Assembly (NCBI GenBank): GCA_004764695.1
Contig: SMSO01000033.1
Location: forward strand, 868,001 to 932,000
DNA: 64,000 nt
Direction of reading: 5' to 3'
Source: Schizochytrium sp. TIO01
Lineage: Eukaryota; Protista; Bigyra: Labyrinthulomycetes
The position numbers and the translations under genes are program-made. Below the pieces are notes generated by a model, which was not told where the DNA came from, did no database searches, and was given only the letters and a program-made list of their open reading frames with translations. The first letter of the stretch is position 1. Each line of letters opens with the position of its first letter. Positions 52,601 through 61,600 of this stretch are shown here, piece after piece.

Positions 52601-55600
52601 TCTCCTGGAACCAATGTGGGTCCGGTAAGCTCTACAATAAAGTCTGCTCCCTGAACACCGGCGGTAGATCCGGTTGGACAGAATGAGGCAATATCAACAC
52701 GCGCGTTAGTACCAGTGAGAAGATGAGGCTCGCCAAATAATAGAGGCTCCGGACCATCTTCACCACTTGAACTAGTAGATGTAAAGGTAATTGTGTACGT
52801 GTACCCACCGAACGCATTCACAGCACTGCTTGCTACAGTGACAGAATAAATATTGTCAAGATCCTCAAGGGCAGACTGAACATCGGCACTAGTTGCATCG
52901 AAGGGTAGATCAATAGTAATTTCTTCACCGTATTCAAGACGAAAGGTGCCATCAAGTGTAGATTCAGCAGTCGTAGTGACGGTCTGAACATAATTGTGTT
53001 CACAGGCAATCACTTCGGCCTCCACATTAGTTCCTAGGACCTTTGCGGAATCCAGAATAAGTGCTTCTAGATCACCCTTCTCTGTATCAAATGCAATAGT
53101 GTAAACAAACCCAACTGCAGACGTGGAAGTAGCAATATCAAACGTAACTGACGATGCGGTAACTCCACGCCAGCTTTGTGAAAAGTGTACACTCACTTCA
53201 TCAATGGCGCTGACCTTGTAAAGTTCATCATCACCAGGAATGCGAAGAAGGTCACCGAGATTGATATCACCAGTCAAATCAGCACTGGTGGATGCGGCAC
53301 TGCTGCCTGCAACTAAGTCAAGCGTGCCATTTGAAACGGCTGCAAGACTTTCATCAACCAGAACCCGGCCAACACTAACACCGCCAATAGTAGACAGGCT
53401 TTCAAGGCGACCCTCAAGGGTTGTTGCGTCAATCAACACAGGCATTGCAACAGTTTGTTCACCATTAAAGGAAAGCCTGAAAGTGCCCGATAAGTCGCTG
53501 GTAGCATACATATTTAAGACCTGGACCTCAGATACCGGACCATTGAAGATACGATTGCTAAAGCGATCGCGTGATTCAATTTCAAATGTAGCTAGACGTT
53601 CAAAGAAACCAGTTTCAAGACCACAATCACACGATTCAGCAAACACAGGACATAGATCTGAGGGAGCAGAATCAACAGAAGTACAGTGCGCAGCGCTAAG
53701 CGACGTCGGGGAAACCATCAGTTGATCGAAAGGCGCATAGCCAGGTTGATCCTCAGTTATTCCAAAACTAACAATATCAGTGCCAGCAGTCACACTGCTT
53801 GAGTACGTCAAAATTGGTAGATCACCATACGCGAGCGGACTGACAGAATTACTATCGTTATCCTCAGCAATGAAAGTTACAAACCACTGCATTTCCGTGC
53901 TAGATTGAGTTCCAGCTGACACTTCAACAAGCTGAACACTACGCAAAGCATTCAAAGAAGTTGCCAATGAGCTTGCAGTCACAGTGGTGATATCTAAAGC
54001 GGAGGTAGATACACCATTAAATGAAAGTGTGAACGTTCCGCTCAAAGAAGTTGTGCTTGAACTGATCAGAATTTCTTGTACTTCACGTTGAAGGGGAGCA
54101 CGGGAGGTTTTGATATGTGCTGCTTCACCGGGTACCCTTTCCAAAACTGAGGCAGTTGCAGCACCCGAAGTAGACACAAGGGAACTTTCCACGACACTAA
54201 GTAAATCAATGTCTCCGGAAAAGCTGCCAAATGTGATTTCATAAATAAATCCTGTGGATGTGTACTGACGAGTGACAAGGACCTCAGAAAGAGCTTGAGC
54301 ATTAAGTGTTGCAGTTGATTCAAGCTCTGATCCAACCAAAGATTTCCTTAGCGCGCTTTGGATATCAGCTGCAGACACATCCCAAGCAAGAGCAGGGGTC
54401 TTTTTTACTCCATCAAGAGTCAATTTAAATGTTCCGTCACGAGAGGTTGTATCTTGAAATTCTAACGCAAGACGTTGAACTTCCACCGCAGTGCCCATAA
54501 GAATAGCAACATTGTACTCCCCAGCAACAGTTGGTGTGAATGTGAATCGGTAAAGGCCATCACGAATATAGTCCATATCAGCTGCAATTATTGAGATAGC
54601 ATCACCAGGAACAGCGCTAGGCAGATGAACAGTGGCAGACACAACAGAGCGATTCTGTGACTCAAGTTGATTGTTTCCTGCAGCATCCTTAGCTTGAACA
54701 TAAAAGGTAGACATGACACCAGCTTCTGCCAACATCAGACCCTTACCGTATGCAATAGTCATACCCGGGTCTGCCTCGGCAGGTGTGACCTCGGCACGAA
54801 AGGGAGAACCAGCAATGTGAGTTGCGACCATGCCCGGTGTTGTCTCTTCAACCGAAATTGTTGCAATATCACCAGTCAAGAGAGACTCAACCTCAAACAT
54901 TGCAATATTGCCAAGACCATCAGGAAAGGTGATAGACCATGAACGCTCCCCAAAAGACCCTGGGGTAGTCATTGTCACTACGACATTACCTAGAGCTGTG
55001 AAGGAACTCTCGATGGCAGTTTTAAGATTAGCAGCAGATATTGAGTAGTCTAAAAGACCTGAATTCAAAGACCCATAGTTCAAAACGAAAGACCCGCCAA
55101 TCGACGACGCAGCTGACGTAGTAATAGTCTGAACTTCAGCAATCGGTGCAAGTGTTACACTAATTTCATATGTACCCCTCACAACAGGATCGTACTCAAT
55201 TAAGTAGCTTCCTGTGGACTGGCCAACACGGTATACAGGTACGCCGCTCAATGAAGAGCCACGCAAACCATGTGAAGTCGGTACAGAGGTAGAATCTAGA
55301 GTACCGGATAGCGCAACCATGAAGTGTTCAGTACCTACGACGAAGTTCTCACCTCGAGAAAGGTCCAAAGCCTCTGAAGTTTGCAAAACCGAGTCGCCTT
55401 TAGCCATGGTTCCGCATGCAGCACAGAGAAGTTCCCAGTCTCTCTGAACAACCGTTGGGGTAAGCTCAATAGGTGTTCCAGAAACAACTTCATCTAAACG
55501 ACCCTCTAGAGCCCAGCCATCAATTCCCACGATGGATACCTCAATACTATCGGCGCCGCTATTGAATCGCATATTTCCTGAAGAGTCTCTAGCAGAAACA

Positions 55601-58600
55601 ATGAAGCTACTTTGTACATTTGAAGTACCTTCAGTGAGACCAAGGCCTTCAGCAGTGGTTGTTTGTGAATCGATGATGCCGGGATAGATGAAAACATCAA
55701 CAGGGGTGAGGAGCAAGTCACGTTCGTACATGAAGTTCTCGGTAGGAATGATGACCGCGGGGGCGCTAGCAAGAATCATGGAGGGGGTTTGCCATTGAAG
55801 CTTGATACGAGATGCACCATCGCTTTGGCGATAAGCAAGACGAATAGCAATGAGCTCCCCCTCGGATGCTTGAAAGTTTGCAAGACGCATTCCCGCACCA
55901 GCAGCACTATCCCACTGATCAATGACAAGGTCTCCATTGAGCTCAAGCATGACTCGCGAATCTGTTTCCAAGATGATTTTGTATGTTCCAGCACCTTCGG
56001 TAAGTAGGAATCCATTCCACTGTACTGAGAAGTAATCAGCAGAAAATCCCAAAAGAGGAGACTGGGTTCCCCAGTTGAAGTTAATCTGTGAGTCGATTCG
56101 AGTCGAATCACAACTATCGAGAAAATGCGGGCAGTGAAAAGCTTCTTCGGGATGAGCGGCAAGTTCTTCCGCAGAAAGCATATCTGCGGTTACCGGATCC
56201 GTGAGATCTTCCCGTTTGTAGCAAGTCGCGAGAAGACCTCCTTGAGTTCTTTGCTTCATCTGCAAAGCAAAATAACCTGCAATAGTTGGATCATATACAA
56301 CAGAGTAGACACCATTTGTGTTCGGGTCAGTTGTTGTCACTGTAGCTGGAAGCACTACTTGCTTTGTAGTATCGTGACCAGAAAGTTTACTGGGGTATCC
56401 AACAAGTTGCACACTAAAGTGATTTGGGCTTGCTAAGGAACTATCAAGTTCATTTCCAAAACGATCAATTGCTTGAATAGTGAACTCCTCCTGAACACCC
56501 TCCGTTGCAATAGAGCGAGCAGTATTAGTTGAGGTGAATGGGTCAGCCTCGGCTGACTTGACAACGACACCACCACTAAGATCAGTCTTTACATCACCAC
56601 CAGCAACCTTAACACTGATATCGTAGGATCCCTTAATTGAAGGGATGTAGGTCACACGGTACATTGCATTGCCGAGAGACTCCGTCGATACAGTTCCGCG
56701 ATACTGTTCTACTATATTGACAGTCGCACTACCACCTGCAAGTAAATCATCATCATTGGAAATCACTTCTATAAGGCCGCCAGGAAACTTAGTCATGGCC
56801 AGTTCAATTTCGCATGTTTGTGTGCTCGAGCAAACTGTTGTGCATCCCGCCGGGAATGAAGCAGTGATTGATAGTCCGAAAGCAGAGGGCAAAAGGTTGT
56901 CAAGAACATTTTGCAAGGTTGCCTCGTTGCTTGTCGCATTAATTTGACTACTTGTCTCACCAAGCAGGTGGATCATGAAAGAGCCACTCGACGCATCGCA
57001 AGTAAGAGTTTGGATCTCAATAGAGCTGACATGGTGTTCATAAAGCGATGTTTGGTGCGTAAGTTCAACAGCAATGCTACTAGAATCATCACTGTAGACC
57101 CTCTTATTTCCTGCAAGGCCTAAAACAGTGCGCTGAATATATACACGGGGTGGAACCTGGTTGTTATCCGAAGTAGATAGTCCCGCGGCGTTTCCTGTCA
57201 GGAGAGGCTGGTACTCACCAATGTGCGAGCCTAGAATATCAAACCGAATGGTCCATAGAGAACCAAGGGGGAGACCAAGTGTCTCGTCATACCCAAAATC
57301 ATCGCGGCTAACAGAAATGTCATTGATGTTGGTCAAGGCTTCTAGTGCCGATTCAACCTCTGAAGCGCTTGAAAACACGCCTAAATCAGAAGTAGTAGCT
57401 CCATCAAACGTAAGGGTGAATGTTCCAGATGCTGGGGCGACACCTGGAAGTACCTCACGGATGCTGATAGTAGGGCCGGAGATGGTTGTGACGATATCAT
57501 AAGAAATTAATCCTGGAATATCCCCAATAACATTCTCAAAGGTAATCAAAACTTTGACATCACTGGTGCATAGTGCTGTCGAGCTAGTAGGTGAGCCATC
57601 ACTCGTTGCAACCGAGACTGCACCAGAGGTGATATCATTAAGAGCCGTTTCTAAATCTTCCACTGTGGCCGAAGTCAAATCCAACTGGGCAGACGCAGCA
57701 GTGCTCCATGGCAAGGACACTGTAATTTCGCCTGCGGTTGCAGTACCATCACATGTAAACTCTTGGATTTCGCGACGTGCATTTGTTGCACCTTTTGTGA
57801 CTTCTGTAGCGGATGCACTAATAGAAGTAATGCCAGCGACGATGCTAGATGTAAGCAATGGAACGTCTCCAACTGGATCCAAGAATGTAATTTGGATATC
57901 TTCGGAGGCACCAGATTCGCATGCTGTTGCCTGAGAATTGAGAAACTCAACAGTAACAGAAGAAATCACCGGAAGAGATTCTAATGCACTTTCAATATCA
58001 GTAGTTGATGCGTCAAAGTCGATGGATTCAGTTTGATAGCCTGCGAAAGATAAATAGAAGCTACCCGAACTCCCTACACAATTGAGGCTCTGAACTTCAT
58101 AAACATCTGGAAGGATCTCAGCATCGATATAGATAACCTGTTCTTCAAAGCGGGGGCTATCACGAATTTCTACATCAAAGGAAAATACATCCCCAGCTAC
58201 GCCCTCGACGAGTCCCTGTCCTTGGCAGGAGGAGTCGATGGAGTCAATAGATCCGATAGACACTGTCAGAGCAAATGGGCTACCATCAATGTCCAAGCCA
58301 CTGGATCCTCCACGTACATGAAGGTCGTATTCTCCCTCAACCCAATAAGTGTACGAAACAGGGTAAGTTCCAGTTGACGCAACTGTAACAATTGAGGCAG
58401 CAGCATTAGTTCCAGAAAGCATAGAGGTACCCACACTAAGCATGGAGGGTGTCCACTCGCCCAAGTGAGATGTAAAAGTAATCCGCCAGCTGTAGCCATT
58501 ATAAGAGTTACTAGATCGCTCTACCAAGACGGTGCGGCGGCTTCCACTCACCTCTTCAGCAACACCACCCGAGGAATAGTCGTACTCAACCCACATAGTT

Positions 58601-61600
58601 TCGAGAGCTACACGAAGAGCAGCCGCACTGACATCGTGAGGAAGAGCGCGGGAAGTACGATCATGCCAGGTCACAGTAAAATATCCATCGGTGGAATCTT
58701 CAGCAGAAGTCACAACATCCACGACCGCCGAAGAGGAGACCACTTCCTCTGTGGAAACCCCAGGTGTTTTGATGGAGATGAGAAAGGCGTCTTCAGTTCC
58801 TGCAGCATCAATATCAACACCAGTTCCATCACGTGCGTTCGAGAAAATATCTCGTGCATAGATGTTGAATGAAGCCTCTGTTCCCGATGTAGCTGCAACA
58901 AGTCCGGACCCAGATGCAACAGAGCTAGGAGCATGGAGTTCAGCATGCTGGCAAACCACCGTGGGAGCAGCTACCGTTCCTTCTGTAAGGATTGCTTGAC
59001 TCTTGAATGTTGCGCTAACAGTGTAAGAACCAGCTTCGCGAAGTGTATATGTTCCAGCATAAGACCCATCTCCGTTGTCAACAAGGTTTGCGAACACTTG
59101 TCTGCCAGAAATGGATCCTGTGCCTTGGAGTTTTACGGAAAAATCAGTGAGCTCTCCGCCAGTTTGCTTGTTATTACCGTACGTGTCTTTCGCCTGGATC
59201 GTGAATGACGCCACGCGGCCAGCAACTGCGTTACTCAAGCCATTTCCAGTTGCCACAGTTGTTTCGTGAGAAGTTGGACCCGGCTGAACGTTCACCGTAA
59301 AGGGCGAACACTTATTCGAAGCTCCCAACCCACAGTAAATATCCGTTCCACTCTTCGTCGTAATCGAAACAGCATAGGTACCGGCGACCATTGCTGTATA
59401 ACTTCCAACAAACTTTCCTGCTCCGACATATTCGGGGGATACAGTAAGCGTCTCAGGGCCAACGAGAGAGACTTCAAAAGGATCTTCACCGGTTTCATCA
59501 TTGGTGAGGCGATCATTACCTTCGCTATCGCGGCTTTGAATTTCAAAAGTAGTTTGAATACCAGCCAAAACACCAGACGATTCCAATCCAGGGCCCGATG
59601 CAGTTGAGTAAGGGTAGTCCGCAGCTCCTGGAACCACAGAAACTGCAAACGGAGATCCAACAATGTGCTCTGCTCGATAGAGGTTCGCTCGAGGAATGAC
59701 CTGTCGTGCAACACTGTAAGATGACCATTGGAGGCGGATTGATGCATCCCCAGTGAGTTCTTTGTACTCAATTTTGATGTCGTGAAATGCACCAGCAGTC
59801 AATGCAAAGTTGTCCGAGCGGAATTCGTTCAGATTTGTCTCACTATTAGAGTCAACATCCCAAGCATCAATGATCAAGATATGGTCCACCCAGAGTCTAG
59901 CCCCATCATGAACAATAAGATAAAAGGTAAAGTCCTCCGATTGAGGACCCAAGAGTTTACCTTGCCAGCGTACAGAAACATAGTCCCGACCATACGGGGT
60001 AATTACACCATCACCCCAGTTGAAATCAACAGTCGAATCAACTCGAGACAAGCTCGGCGTTCCTGAAAGCCATTGATTATCAAAATAATCAGCTGAAAGA
60101 CCACCTTTCGTTAGCTGACGAATACTAAGGGCGTAGCTTCCTGTCTGAGCTGGTGTATAAGAACCAATGTATGACGGAAGACCGGGGGTCTTTTCCTCCA
60201 CAAGAAGTGCTGGGTTCTCGCCTTGAAGTGCTGAGTCGGACCCTGACTGCTCTTCAATAACCTGAGCGTCAGGTGACGTTCCGTGAAGTCCAGAAGTATC
60301 AATATTCATGCTGTCGAGATTACCAAGATCATTGTGAAAAGTGACAAACCAGCGGTAGCGACCATACCCACCACTCAGTGGGCCCTCGCGTGAAACGCTC
60401 ACTGAAGTTCCCTGCAAAAGGGATAGTTCCTCAAGAGCAACTTTCATTTCTTCCGCTGTACAGTCATGACTCAGTGCTCCTGTGTTAGCTCCACTTAGGC
60501 TGATAACAAATGAACCCGTAATAGGAGTAGGATCACCCCCCAAGATTTCAATCGATTGGATTTCATGACGCACAGGTTCAGCTACCAGTAAAGGAAGGTT
60601 TCCTAAGTTACGCAAGAATGTAATGGTCCAGCGAAACCCAGAAGAAAGATCATCGCGTTCCACGCTTACTGATGAGACAGTTTCCAAAGCTTCAAGACTA
60701 GTCGCAACATCTGCAGCACTTGCATCAAAAGCAATGTTCCCAGTGTACGCTCCTTCATAGGACAGCACAAATGTACCATTAAGTGGACTGACACCAGTTT
60801 GAATTTCCTCTACGTCTGAGCAAGGCTGAGTGGAGCAAGTGAGGCCAGCTTCATCAATAACCAACGGTGCTACATCACCTACAGGGTCAAGAAAAGTCAC
60901 CGTCCATGTCGGTGAGGATCCAGTTACCTGAACAGCAGATACGGTTTCTAGACTTAGAAGAGCATCTCTGATATCCGCAGCAGTAGCTGTGTATTGAACC
61001 TCGGCAGACGATGGCGAACTATCAAATTGAATCGTGAATGTTCCGCCAGAAACATCAATTAGGCTGATCACTTGTTCTTCCCAAACGAATGCTGAAGATG
61101 CAGACACGGTTACAGTTTGTACCTCCGTAACGCCAGTTTGGATTTCATCGAAGTAGACAGTAGAATCGGTTCCGTCAAGAGACGACCCGACAGCCTCAGA
61201 AAGCACTGGGAGAGGACCAAAATCTCCGGTAAACGTCACAGTCCAAGCATAGGTGCCACTTCCGAGGTCAGAGCGAGTAACATCAACGGAGACAATGTTA
61301 CCCAGAAGCTCCAATGCGTCCTTCATGTCTTTTGCGGAGGCATCAAATGCAATAGCAGTTGTAGTTGCAGAAAAACCTGATTGCTTGGAATACGAAGAGG
61401 TATCAAGCGTGAGAGCAAAGGTGCCACTCGAAATTGTGCTCGAGGTGCCGGTCCGGACAACTTGAGTTGCATATCTGACAGGTAGATATTGAGCTAGTCC
61501 TCCGTCAACAGCCCAACTATGGGTTCCATCAACTACACTGATATCTGAGGTCCAGAGTTCTGTGTAAAAGAGGTCAGCACCTTCAAATCCAGGCTGGGTG

